Positions 9,831 to 19,246 of a stretch of DNA of 64,000 nucleotides are shown piece after piece. Position numbers and translations under genes: made by a program. Numbering within the stretch: position 1 is the first letter of the stretch; the number at the start of each line of letters is the position of its first letter. The notes under the pieces were generated by a model. That model was not told the DNA's origin. It saw nothing but the letters and a program-made list of their open reading frames with translations, and did not search any database. The DNA is from Nitrospirales bacterium (lineage in GTDB: Bacteria > Nitrospirota > Nitrospiria > Nitrospirales > UBA8639): positions 2,496,001 to 2,560,000 of the forward strand of contig OY820905.2 in the NCBI GenBank assembly GCA_963555755.3, in the 5' to 3' direction.

Positions 9831-10967
9831 ATGTACCTTGTAAAACGGGGTTCCCCCCCGAATCAAGCTCATGTTGATATTCCTGATGGACTTCATGAGG
9901 AAGAACATGGCCGGATGGGGTTTACGGGTCGGGTGTCTCATCTGTACCGGTCCCATCCTCCAACCAATTGGATCCGAATTGATGGTCCCTGCCGCCCACG
10001 AGCCTTTTCATGCAGCGAACTTCTAACTCCCGATCTTCGCTCGGACGATGATCGTCCCTTGGAGATCCTCCGAAGTTCCGATGTCCGGGTTTTCATTTCC
10101 CGTCGAGCCCACACCATGCCCTTTTGGTTTCGCAATGCGGATGGAGACGAGCTGCATTTTATCCATAAAGGTCACGGTGGGTATGAAACCGATTATGGCT
10201 ATCTTTCCTATGGACCAGGTGATTACATCTTACTGCCTAAAGGAACCACGTATCGCATTGTGGTCGAAGAAGGCCCAGGCCTTTCGCTGATTGTTGAAAC
10301 GCCCGATCCCATTTCCCTTCCGGAGCGAGGCCTGCTTGGGCAACATGCCTTGTTTGATCCAGGAGTGCTCACTGTTCCTGAACCCTTCGCCACTAGCCAA
10401 ACCCAAGATGAATACGAGGTCAGAATTAAACGCGATGGCACGTATACCCGGGTCTTTTACGCTTTTAATCCTTTGGACGTCGTGGCGTGGAAAGGTGATT
10501 TGTGGCCCACCAAACTCAACATCAAAGATTTTCGGCCCGTCACCAGTCCAGGGTATCACCTTCCTCCCAGCGTTCATGCGACATTTCAGGCTGGCGGCCA
10601 CGCTGCTGGCCAAACTGCTGGCCAAGCTGCTGGAATGATCATTTCCACCTTTGCGCCAAGGCCACTGGAAACTGATCCTCTAGCGTTAAAAGTTCCTTTT
10701 TATCATCGGAATATCGATTACGATGAAGTGTTGTTTTATCACGAGGGAGACTTTTTTAGTCGATCCGGGATTAAGCCAGGAGCACTCACCCTCCATCCCC
10801 AGGGCATTCATCATGGGCCGCATCCTGCCGCCGTGGCTGCGAGCAAAACGAAGACACACACCAATGAAGTCGCGGTGATGGTGGAATCACGCCACCCATT
10901 TCAAGTGCTTCTTGAAGCGGAAACCGTTGAACTCAAAGATTACCCTCTAAGCTGGAGCCAGCCATGA
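9831..10967 (+). CDS. hmgA: Homogentisate 1,2-dioxygenase
   Basis: EEHGRMGFTG, FRNADGDEL, HLPPSVHATF, PFYHRNIDYDEVLFYH, LHPQGIHHGP. Confidence 0.92.
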   Translation: MYLVKRGSPPNQAHVDIPDGLHEEEHGRMGFTGRVSHLYRSHPPTNWIRIDGPCRPRAFSCSELLTPDLRSDDDRPLEILRSSDVRVFISRRAHTMPFWFRNADGDELHFIHKGHGGYETDYGYLSYGPGDYILLPKGTTYRIVVEEGPGLSLIVETPDPISLPERGLLGQHALFDPGVLTVPEPFATSQTQDEYEVRIKRDGTYTRVFYAFNPLDVVAWKGDLWPTKLNIKDFRPVTSPGYHLPPSVHATFQAGGHAAGQTAGQAAGMIISTFAPRPLETDPLALKVPFYHRNIDYDEVLFYHEGDFFSRSGIKPGALTLHPQGIHHGPHPAAVAASKTKTHTNEVAVMVESRHPFQVLLEAETVELKDYPLSWSQP

Positions 10968-11950
10968 AACTTGTCACCTTCCAAGTATCCACATCAGTCG
11001 GAAAGTTTGCCCGTGTTGGAGCGTGCTTCAATGACACCATTGTCGATTTAAACATGGCGTATACGCGCATGCTGTCCGATCAAAAAGAAGCTCAATCGTA
11101 CCGAATGGCCCAAGCTGGAGTCCCCTCCACCATGATGGAATTGCTGGAGGGAGGACATTCGGCAATGGATCGAGCACGCACGGCTTTTCGGTATGTCACC
11201 GGAGAAGGCGAAGCCCGGCAGGGGCCGGAGGGTGAAACGATTGTCTATCCGGTTCAAACTATCCGGCTGTTAGCTCCACTTAATCATGTGCCGATGCTCC
11301 GCGATTTCATTGCCTTTGAAGATCACATCGCGGCGACCTCAAAACGACGTGGCCAGCCTATCCCTCCCGAGTGGTATACCGCCCCGGTGTACTACAAAGG
11401 CAACCCGCACACCATCCTTGGCCCTGATGAGGAACTTCCATGGCCACTCAATACGGAAAAATTGGATTATGAGCTGGAGTTAGCCTGTGTGATCGGCCGA
11501 ACCGGCAGGGATATTCCAAAAGACGAAGCAGATCAGTATATCGCGGGGTACACCATCATGAACGATTTCAGCGCCCGCGATGTCCAATTTCAAGAAATGG
11601 CCTGTCGGTTAGGACCGGCGAAGGGAAAAGATTTTGGCACGGTCTTGGGGCCATGCCTCATCACCCCTGATGAAATCCCCAATATCAACGACCTCACCAT
11701 GATCGCACGGATCAATGGAGAAGTGTGGTCCGAGGGAAAATTTGGAAGCATCCATTGGTCATTCTCGCAGATGATTCAACATGTCTCGCGAGGCGAGACC
11801 ATATATCCGGGAGAGGTGTTTGGTTCTGGAACCGTCGGTGGAGGCTGTGGGCTGGAATTGAATCAATTCTTGAAACCTGGAGATCTTGTCGAGTTGGAGA
11901 TTCAACCAATTGGAATATTGCGAACTCCGGTGGCTATTGAAAAGACGTGA
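10964..11950 (+). CDS. Fumarylacetoacetate hydrolase family protein
   Basis: RDFIAFEDH, YYKGN, LDYELELA, MNDFSARDVQ, PAKGKDF, GSGT; overlaps the hmgA stop. Confidence 0.9.
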   Translation: MKLVTFQVSTSVGKFARVGACFNDTIVDLNMAYTRMLSDQKEAQSYRMAQAGVPSTMMELLEGGHSAMDRARTAFRYVTGEGEARQGPEGETIVYPVQTIRLLAPLNHVPMLRDFIAFEDHIAATSKRRGQPIPPEWYTAPVYYKGNPHTILGPDEELPWPLNTEKLDYELELACVIGRTGRDIPKDEADQYIAGYTIMNDFSARDVQFQEMACRLGPAKGKDFGTVLGPCLITPDEIPNINDLTMIARINGEVWSEGKFGSIHWSFSQMIQHVSRGETIYPGEVFGSGTVGGGCGLELNQFLKPGDLVELEIQPIGILRTPVAIEKT

Positions 11951-12037
11951 TGCGTAATGCGTGAGACCTAATGCGTAACAAATCTTTATTTTTCGCTTCA
12001 CGCATTACGCTTCACGCTTCACCGCCAAAAGGAGACC

Positions 12038-12805
12038 ATGAACGCCTTGGCTTCCCATGAAAAGAGACTGGCTCAAGTCATCGACGATCATCGATTACTG
12101 TATGCTGACCCCACGGTCGAGACGAAGCTCCGACAGCTGATTGATGTATCACCTCATTCTTTTTTAACCGAGAGTGAGCTGCTCGAGCTGTTTCGCCGGA
12201 CACAATCAATCTTTTTCAACACCCATCTCGAAGTTGCTTCTGGTCACCATACAGGTACGTATCTTCGGTTTGAATCGATTGCTCATTTTCCTGACCGGAT
12301 CGACATCATTGTGCAGGACATGGCCAATTGGGTGTCCAAGTTAGACAAGGATCAGAAAGTCCATGGCATCATGGTGCCCAATTCTGATGCGAGATTGTTG
12401 GCGGAAGGAATTGCAAACAGACTGAAAAAACAAGTTCCTCTACGTGTTGTCCCAGCCCCCTTTGATCCCACAACTGGAAGAATTGGGACCGATGTGCCAC
12501 CTGAAAAAATTCAAAAAGGTGAGCACTTCATCGCATTCAATGATGTCACCGCTCGTGGCAACTGCGTCAACAAGCTTGGCCAAATTGTCACCGATCGTGG
12601 GGGGACAGTCGTGGGCATGATGGTCTTCGCGAGACGAGACAGCGGTCAGTTTCCTTTCATGGATGAGCTTGCAGCTCAGTACCCCTTTTATTATAGCGTC
12701 GGTTTAGACATGCCTCAGTGGAAACAATCAGAATGCTCGTTGTGTCGCCTCGGTGAAGAATTGTTGAGTTGGCGTGATATGCCGTTGTTAAGACGTGAAG
12801 CGTAA
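12038..12805 (+). CDS. Type I phosphoribosyltransferase-like protein (degenerate orotate PRTase-like)
   Basis: HLEVASGHHTGTYL resembles the OPRT N-motif, FNDVTARG resembles the PRPP-binding xxDVxxxG motif, and the C-terminal CxLC occurs in some PyrE proteins. Confidence 0.6.
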   Translation: MNALASHEKRLAQVIDDHRLLYADPTVETKLRQLIDVSPHSFLTESELLELFRRTQSIFFNTHLEVASGHHTGTYLRFESIAHFPDRIDIIVQDMANWVSKLDKDQKVHGIMVPNSDARLLAEGIANRLKKQVPLRVVPAPFDPTTGRIGTDVPPEKIQKGEHFIAFNDVTARGNCVNKLGQIVTDRGGTVVGMMVFARRDSGQFPFMDELAAQYPFYYSVGLDMPQWKQSECSLCRLGEELLSWRDMPLLRREA

Positions 12806-12924
12806 GGCGTGAAGCGTTAAGATTAAGGAGAAGGTCTTTTCTTCTACGCATTACGGATCACGAGATAGAGGAGTACTCCAGCCATGAGCCTGACGACAAA
12901 CGGATCTCATCAAGAATTGAGATC

Positions 12925-13704
12925 TTACTGGTCCTGGAAATTGGGCTGGCGTTTTTCTAAGAAGGCATTGATGCCTTCTTTGGCATCCTTCGTTTCAAAC
13001 AACTCGCCAAAGAGCTCGGCTTCCTGGGCTAATCCTTCAGCCAGTGGATTGTCTTGTGCCGCACGAAGGGCACGCAATACGGCTCGAAGGGCCAGGCGCG
13101 CTTTTTGTGCGAGTCGTGCGGCGAATTCCTGTGTGCGAGGCAAGAGATCGGCCTCAGACCACACTGCATTCACTAAGCCACAACGTTGGGCCTCATCGGC
13201 GGAAATCAGTGACCCGGTCAAAAGTATTTCCGTGGCTTTTGACAGCCCAATGAGTTTGGGCAGGCGTTGGGTGCCCCCCCATCCAGGAATCAAACCGAGA
13301 TTGACTTCGGGAAGACCAAACGAGGACGCAGGCGAGGCGAAACGAAGATGACAGGCCAGAGCCAATTCTATGCCGCCTCCAAGACACGATCCATTGATCG
13401 CAGCGAGAACGGGTTTGTCCAGTTGTTCAATCCGATTCAGCAGGGCTTGACCATGAAGCGACACATCTTTTGCTTGTTGAGGGGTGTCGATGTGTTGCAG
13501 TTCTTTGAGGTCCGCTCCTGGACAGAAAAACCGGCCGGATGAGGTAATAACCATGACTTTGATGGAAGAATCTGTTGCCAATCGGTCGACAAGCCGACCC
13601 AATTCAACCAAAACCCGTGTGCTCAAAAGATTAACGGGAGGATTATTGAATGTGATCGTGGCGACACGATCGACAACGGAAAGCACAAGAAGCTCGTTCG
13701 ACAT
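12925..13704 (-). CDS. Enoyl-CoA hydratase/isomerase (crotonase)
   Basis: FCPGADL, AAINGSCLGGGIELALACH, FGLPEVNLGLIPGWGGTQRL, EGINAFLEKR. Confidence 0.93.
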   Translation of the reverse strand: MSNELLVLSVVDRVATITFNNPPVNLLSTRVLVELGRLVDRLATDSSIKVMVITSSGRFFCPGADLKELQHIDTPQQAKDVSLHGQALLNRIEQLDKPVLAAINGSCLGGGIELALACHLRFASPASSFGLPEVNLGLIPGWGGTQRLPKLIGLSKATEILLTGSLISADEAQRCGLVNAVWSEADLLPRTQEFAARLAQKARLALRAVLRALRAAQDNPLAEGLAQEAELFGELFETKDAKEGINAFLEKRQPNFQDQ

Positions 13705-13901
13705 TGACGCACCTATTCCTTCGGAGTTGATGTCGTGGATACTGGTTCGTGAGAGGGATGAGTGAGTGGTTCATGGGAGCAATGGGTTAAGAGTAATGGG
13801 TAATGGGTAAAAAAACAATCGTGATTCGTCATGCGCAAAGCGTAAGAAAAAGAGGGTTTTTATGCCTCACGCCTTACGAATCACGAAAAAAGAGGTTCTC
13901 A

Positions 13902-15317
13902 GTGAGCGAAGCATCTAACGGGTTGCTAACCAAAACTTTGGCGGCGTATGCCCATCGGCTGTCATTCAACAAGCTCCCAAGGGAGGTGGTCCATGAAGTG
14001 AAACGCCGGATCGTGGATAGTTTGGGCTGTGCCTATGGAGCGATGTCTGCGCCTCCCTGTCGAATGGCAAGGAGCTTAGCAGAAGCCGTGCCGCTGCCGA
14101 AGGGGGTGTCCGTGTGGGGAACTGAGGTTCGGACCACCCCCGAGTTAGCTACCTTCGCAAATGGGACTTTGGTTCGGTATTTGGATTGCAACGATACGTA
14201 CCTTTCGAAAGAACCTGCCCATCCCTCCGACAATATTCCAGCCTGCCTGGCCGTGGGAGAAATGTGTCATGCCTCGGGCCGATCCGTCATCGTGGCTATG
14301 GCCATTGCCTATGAACTCCAATGTCGGCTGTGTGATGCCGCCGCACTCCGGCCGCTTGGTTGGGATCATGTGACCTATGGAGCATTTTCCACCGCGTTGG
14401 CCGCGGCCAAGTTGTTGAAGCTGTCGCCAGAAGCCATGGCACAGGCACTCAGCATTGCAGGAGTCACCTCCGGGGCACTTCGGCAAACCCGCGTGGGAGA
14501 AGTGTCGTTGTGGAAAGCCTGTGCGTTTGCTAATGCAGCCAGGAACGGGGTATTTGCCACGCTGGCTGCTCGACGAGGCATGACAGGCCCGTTAGACGTA
14601 TTCGAAGGCGAGAAAGGATTTATGCGCGTCATTTCCGGCCCCTTGTCGCTACCAACATTAGGCGGCGAGCGAGGAGCCTCGTTTAAAATTTTGGACACCT
14701 ATATTAAGCCGTATCCCGTGGAATATCACGCGCAATCGGCAGTCGAAGCGGCGATGAAAATCCGGCACATGATCGTAGAGGCTGAAGGGCATTGTGACAT
14801 GTCTCAGATTAAGAACATTGTCGTCGAAAGCTTTGACGTCGCTATAGAGATTATCGGGCGGGATCCAGAAAAGTGGCGTCCCAAAACGAGAGAAACCGCT
14901 GATCATAGTCTTCCCTATTGCGTGGCTGTGGCGTTGAGTGATGGCCGGATCACGCCTCATTCGTTTTCGTCGAAACGACTCAACGATACAGCACTTCGTG
15001 CGCTGGTGAAAAAGGTAAAGGTCGTTGAACAGCCTGACTTCACGGCTTGGTATCCAGAGGCGATGCCAAATCGACTTCGAGTCACCACCACGCAAGGGAA
15101 AGACTACATGGCCCAGGTGGATCACCCCTTGGGGCATCCCAAACGGCCAATGTCTGACAGTGAAGTGGAAACGAAGTTCCATCAATTTGCTGACCAAAAA
15201 ATTGGGGCCTATCAAGCGAACCGCCTCATTGAGCGGGTCTGGGATCTTGAACACATCACTGATGTGTCCATGCTCATACGGACGTTTCCAGTTGTGGGGA
15301 ATATGAGGGTGGCGTGA
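13902..15317 (+). CDS. prpD: 2-methylcitrate dehydratase (MmgE/PrpD family)
   Basis: RYLDCNDTYLSKEPAHPSDN, SLWKACA, RETADHSLPY, PLGHPKRP. Probable GTG start at 13902. Clustered with prpB and prpC. Confidence 0.88.
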   Translation: MSEASNGLLTKTLAAYAHRLSFNKLPREVVHEVKRRIVDSLGCAYGAMSAPPCRMARSLAEAVPLPKGVSVWGTEVRTTPELATFANGTLVRYLDCNDTYLSKEPAHPSDNIPACLAVGEMCHASGRSVIVAMAIAYELQCRLCDAAALRPLGWDHVTYGAFSTALAAAKLLKLSPEAMAQALSIAGVTSGALRQTRVGEVSLWKACAFANAARNGVFATLAARRGMTGPLDVFEGEKGFMRVISGPLSLPTLGGERGASFKILDTYIKPYPVEYHAQSAVEAAMKIRHMIVEAEGHCDMSQIKNIVVESFDVAIEIIGRDPEKWRPKTRETADHSLPYCVAVALSDGRITPHSFSSKRLNDTALRALVKKVKVVEQPDFTAWYPEAMPNRLRVTTTQGKDYMAQVDHPLGHPKRPMSDSEVETKFHQFADQKIGAYQANRLIERVWDLEHITDVSMLIRTFPVVGNMRVA

Positions 15318-15328
15318 TTAACAGTGAC

Positions 15329-15550
15329 GGGGAATGTTGAAAAAGGGCGCCAGCTGCGTTCTCGGCACTTTGTCGAACCTTCGAGCTCACAGACTTGCCG
15401 CTCTTCGCGGCGTTCGCGCTCACGTACTATGAGTACGCTCCGCGCGCCAAGCCTACTCCGCCGAAGTGGCTACGAAGGCCGGGAGTGCCTGCGGCTTTGC
15501 TGGACAGACCCTTCGGAAAGACTCAGGGCATGCTTTTTTGAACATTCCCC
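15329..15550. repeat. Family A repeat copy 2, expanded by internal mini-insertions
   Basis: GGGGAATGTTGAAAAAG...TTTTTTGAACATTCCCC with the CTCACGTACTATGAGTACGCTCCG core. Confidence 0.8.
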
Positions 15551-15595
15551 AGCCCTCTGTATGTTTCACCGAATTGTCCAAGGGTAATCAGGAGG

Positions 15596-16525
15596 ATGAA
15601 AATTTTGAATTTTTCAACGTCCCCTGAAGTAAGTCGATCAGCAACGCTTCGGGCCTCACTTGAACAGGGCACGTTGGCCGTGCCAGGAGCATTTAACGCC
15701 TTTTCGGCGCGGCTGATTGAGGAGTCCGGGATGCCCGCCGTGTATGTCTCTGGCGCGGGGCTGTCCGCGAGCCGAGGGTTGCCGGATATTGGGTTATTGT
15801 CCTTGGAAGAAGTCACTGAAGAAACTCGGCGGATTTGTCAGGCAGTGCGAATCCCGGTGATTGTGGATGCTGATACCGGCTTTGGGAACGTTGAGCAGGT
15901 ACGTCGAACGGTTCAGGCATTGGAAGCCGCCGGGGTTTCCGGCATTCAGCTTGAAGACCAAGTATTTCCCAAGCGGTGTGGGCATCTTTCCGGGAAGCAA
16001 ATCGTGAACTGCCAGGAAATGTGCGACAAAATTGCAGCAGCAGTTTCCGCGAAACACGATCGCGATTTATTGATCATCGCAAGAACCGATGCGCGTGCTA
16101 TCGAAGGGATTGAGGGCGCCATTGAGCGGGCTAAGGCCTATCAGGCAGTTGGGGCGGATGCCATTTTTCCCGAGGCGCTTGAGTCGGTGGAAGAGTTTGA
16201 GCGGTTTGCCATGAGTTTCAGGATGGCCCGGATTCCGCTCATGGCGAACATGACGGAATGGGGAAAGACCCCTATGCTCTCCGTCCACGAATTTTCACAG
16301 TTGGGTTATCACATGGTGCTGTTTCCCATGACGATGTTTCGAATGATGGCAAAATCGATGGAAATGGGGCTCATGGAATTGCAGTCCCGTGGAACGCAAA
16401 AAGAGCTTCTCGATCTGATGCAGCCTCGAAGTGAGTTGTACAGGGTGCTTCGTTATGAAACTAATGACGAACTGAATGGAATAAAGGAAGAAAGGCAGGT
16501 GTTGCATGTTGACGACGAGTCCTAA
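15596..16525 (+). CDS. prpB: Methylisocitrate lyase
   Basis: VDADTGFG, EDQVFPKRCGHL, ARTDA, IFPEAL, ANMTEWGKTP. Confidence 0.92.
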   Translation: MKILNFSTSPEVSRSATLRASLEQGTLAVPGAFNAFSARLIEESGMPAVYVSGAGLSASRGLPDIGLLSLEEVTEETRRICQAVRIPVIVDADTGFGNVEQVRRTVQALEAAGVSGIQLEDQVFPKRCGHLSGKQIVNCQEMCDKIAAAVSAKHDRDLLIIARTDARAIEGIEGAIERAKAYQAVGADAIFPEALESVEEFERFAMSFRMARIPLMANMTEWGKTPMLSVHEFSQLGYHMVLFPMTMFRMMAKSMEMGLMELQSRGTQKELLDLMQPRSELYRVLRYETNDELNGIKEERQVLHVDDES

Positions 16526-17636
16526 CTCTGGCCTTGAAGGTATAGTGGCGGGCGAGAGCGCTATTTGCTTGATAGATGAAGAAAAAAGCGAGTTGCGGTA
16601 TCGAGGCTATTTAGCCGAAGAACTGTCTGAGCGCGCGACGTACGAAGAAGTGGCCTATTTGCTTCTCAAGGGAGAATTGCCTTCCTCTCAGGCTTTGGAA
16701 GTGTGGAAAGACGAATTGGTCCAGGCTTCCATCCTTCCCGCCCTCATATTCCAGTGGTCCCGGATGGTACCGCCTCACGCTCACCCTATGGACATCCTTC
16801 GCACGGGGGTATCCTTGCTGGGGATGGTCGACCTGGAGGCGACCAAATCATCCTATGAGGCGAATATTCAGAAAGCGATCAAACTGCTGGCTCAGACGCC
16901 TCTTCTGGTGGCCATCGCCTCGCGACCGAACGAGAAGAAGACGCACCCGTTTCAGTTAATCAGAAGTCAATCGTTCGCGGAAAACCTGTTGTATTTTCTC
17001 ACAGGAGATCGCGATGCCGTTCATGCCAAAGAATTGGACATTTCGCTGATTTTGTATGCCGAACATGAGTTGAATGCCTCCACGTTTGCCGCGCGTGTGA
17101 CAGCCTCTACGCTGGCTGATATGTACGGCGCGGTGATGTCGGGAATTGCCGCGCTCAAGGGCCCCTTGCATGGCGGGGCCAACGAAGCCGTCGCGCAGAT
17201 GCTGACGAGCATTGGCGAGCCGGAAAAAGCCAAGGATTGGGTGCTGTCATTGCTGAGAAACAAACAACGGATCATGGGATTTGGCCATCGTGTATTGAAA
17301 CATGGTGATCCCCGCTCTGATGTCATGAAGCGACGAGCCAAGGCGCTGAGTGGCCAACTCGGAAACTGGCAGTGGTATGAGATGGCCGAACGCATTGACC
17401 AGACGATGCACGAGGAAAAAGGGATTCCTCCCAATCTCGACTTTTATACCGCCGTGGTCTATTTGTTATTGAGGATTCCCATCCCAGCCTATACCCCGAT
17501 TTTTGTGGCCAGCCGAATGTCAGGATGGTGCGCACACATTATTGAGCAACAAATGAACAACCGCATCATCCGTCCTCGTGCAACATACACGGGGCCTCCG
17601 AAACGGGAATTCCTTCCGATCTCGTATCGTACTTAA
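16506..17636 (+). CDS. prpC: 2-methylcitrate/citrate synthase
   Basis: GLEGIVAG, YAEHELNASTF, GPLHGGANE, MGFGHRV, PNLDFY; follows prpD-prpB. Confidence 0.88.
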   Translation: MLTTSPNSGLEGIVAGESAICLIDEEKSELRYRGYLAEELSERATYEEVAYLLLKGELPSSQALEVWKDELVQASILPALIFQWSRMVPPHAHPMDILRTGVSLLGMVDLEATKSSYEANIQKAIKLLAQTPLLVAIASRPNEKKTHPFQLIRSQSFAENLLYFLTGDRDAVHAKELDISLILYAEHELNASTFAARVTASTLADMYGAVMSGIAALKGPLHGGANEAVAQMLTSIGEPEKAKDWVLSLLRNKQRIMGFGHRVLKHGDPRSDVMKRRAKALSGQLGNWQWYEMAERIDQTMHEEKGIPPNLDFYTAVVYLLLRIPIPAYTPIFVASRMSGWCAHIIEQQMNNRIIRPRATYTGPPKREFLPISYRT

Positions 17637-17718
17637 CAAATCGTTGCTCGTCGCGCAGGAAGAGAAAACGGAATGATTCCATTAAAATGCGGGGTTTCGG
17701 CAAAAGTGCCCAAAACCA

Positions 17719-17862
17719 TTCTTGCCTGTGCGCGGCACTACGGGTCCCTCCGTCTCCGTCCCGAATAAGATGGCTCAGGAACTCGCTGCGCTCAAACAAC
17801 CTTCGCCAAAGAGGTCGATTCGGGACGGAGATTCCGCCGCACCCAACGCATAGGACAAGAAA
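17719..17862. repeat. Self-complementary intergenic element (single copy in window)
   Basis: Nested inverted arms TTCTTGCCTGTGCG/CGCATAGGACAAGAA and TCTCCGTCCCGAAT/ATTCGGGACGGAGA around CTCGCTGCGCTC. Confidence 0.55.
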
Positions 17863-17957
17863 GATTCTCAACCTTCAGAAAAATATAGGGAATACCTTTT
17901 GGTGTGGCCCATTAATTTCCCCTGCCGTCGAAGGTTCTCTGGTCCGATGTGGCACTG

Positions 17958-18038
17958 CAAGACCTGACCCCCAGCCGGTTTGATCCCAAGCCATAGGGCA
18001 GACCAGAGAAGTTACAGTATTAAGTCAAGACTTGCCCC
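17958..18038. repeat. REP-like repeat family C, partial copy
   Basis: CAAGACCTGACCCC...TATTAAGTCAAGACTTGCCCC; its reverse complement matches the left half of the copies at 35843 and 38091. Confidence 0.7.
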
Positions 18039-18055
18039 GCATCGCAGGAACCAAC

Positions 18056-18490
18056 TTATTGGAGTAAAGGGTTGCGAGGAGAAAGAGTGGGGAATCGACT
18101 GAAATCACGATCCGCGGTCCATAACTCTTGAATACCATGATGTCGACAAAGGGCCGCAATGCGGGCATCATGTATGAGAGGACCTTGGATTTTGCCCTCC
18201 ACCACAGCTTGTCGCAGGACCGGCCAATACCCATTTGTTTCTGAAAGAAGCGTGGCCCGGGGGGATTCTAACCATGCGTCCACTTGCTCGCAGGCTCTCT
18301 GTAAGGGGGTAGGCGGTTTGAAGATTCGCGGGTGAGTCACGATCGCCAGAAACTCATGCAGACATGGCCAGGGAATGGCCCATGGTGTGGCCCCTTCAGC
18401 TAAGTTGGCCAGATGGTGGTAGGCTGACTCATGCCAGGGGGAATCTTCCCGATGGGCATACACCAAGATATTGGTATCAACGGCAATCAC
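18056..18490 (-). CDS. vapC: VapC-family PIN-domain toxin
   Basis: MIAVDTNILVYA, LHEFL, IHDARIAA, LWTADRDFSRF acidic PIN residues. Confidence 0.9.
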   Translation of the reverse strand: MIAVDTNILVYAHREDSPWHESAYHHLANLAEGATPWAIPWPCLHEFLAIVTHPRIFKPPTPLQRACEQVDAWLESPRATLLSETNGYWPVLRQAVVEGKIQGPLIHDARIAALCRHHGIQELWTADRDFSRFPTLSPRNPLLQ

Positions 18491-18732
18491 CCGCCGCGAC
18501 CTTCATACGCTCGTTCCCGCATGGCTTCCCACGTGGCCCCTGCCATATCTGGCTGAAGGCCTTTTCCTTTAAAGGTCGCCTTTCGAAGGCGGAACATCTC
18601 TGAACGTTGATGCTGGCTGATGACTCGCCGTAACCCTTCTTCCACCAACGCTTTCACCGTGGTCCGATTATTGGCTGCGAGTTTTTTGGCCTCATCTAAA
18701 AGTGATTGAGGTATATCAACAGTTGTCTTCAC
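18487..18732 (-). CDS. vapB: VapB-like antitoxin (RHH type)
   Basis: MKTTVDIPQSLLDEAKKLA...VEEGLR; overlaps the vapC start. Confidence 0.85.
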   Translation of the reverse strand: MKTTVDIPQSLLDEAKKLAANNRTTVKALVEEGLRRVISQHQRSEMFRLRKATFKGKGLQPDMAGATWEAMRERAYEGRGG

Positions 18733-18924
18733 CCATATAGATGTATCATGAAATATGGGTATATGTCAAAAAGGATTACACTCATTAATTAATGGTGCGT
18801 TATGCCCTTGATATCCATCATGGTGACTTCACCTTTTCCTGGGAGTGTCCCAGGAGCCAAGTAGGGGTAGAGTACGACCGGGCTTCTACACACCAAAGAA
18901 AACCGTGCCGAACTCGGGGCAGGG

Positions 18925-19184
18925 ATGAGATGGCCGAACGCATTGACCAGACGATGCACGAGGAAAAAGGGATGCCTCCCAATCTCGACTTTTATACCGC
19001 CGTGGTCTATTTGTTATTGAGGATTCCCATCCCAGCCTATACCCCGATTTTTGTGGCCAGCCGAATGTCAGGATGGTGCGCACACATTATTGAGCAACAA
19101 ATGAACAACCGCATCATCCGTCCCCGGGCCACATACAATGGGCCCTCGAACCGGGAATATCTTCCGATCTCGTATCGCTCTTAA
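18925..19184 (+). pseudogene. Duplicated 260-bp 3' end of prpC (direct repeat of 17377-17636)
   Basis: First ~200 bp nearly identical to the prpC 3' end; last ~60 bp diverged (RATYNGPSNREYLPISYRS vs RATYTGPPKREFLPISYRT). Confidence 0.92.
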
Positions 19185-19246
19185 GGGAATGTTGAGGAAC
19201 ATAAACATGAAGACAGATCTTATTATGCCAGTATTTTCCTTCTGAC

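Noticed and set aside
18792..19184. Independent 130-aa gene
   Set aside because: A chance ORF running into the duplicated prpC tail.
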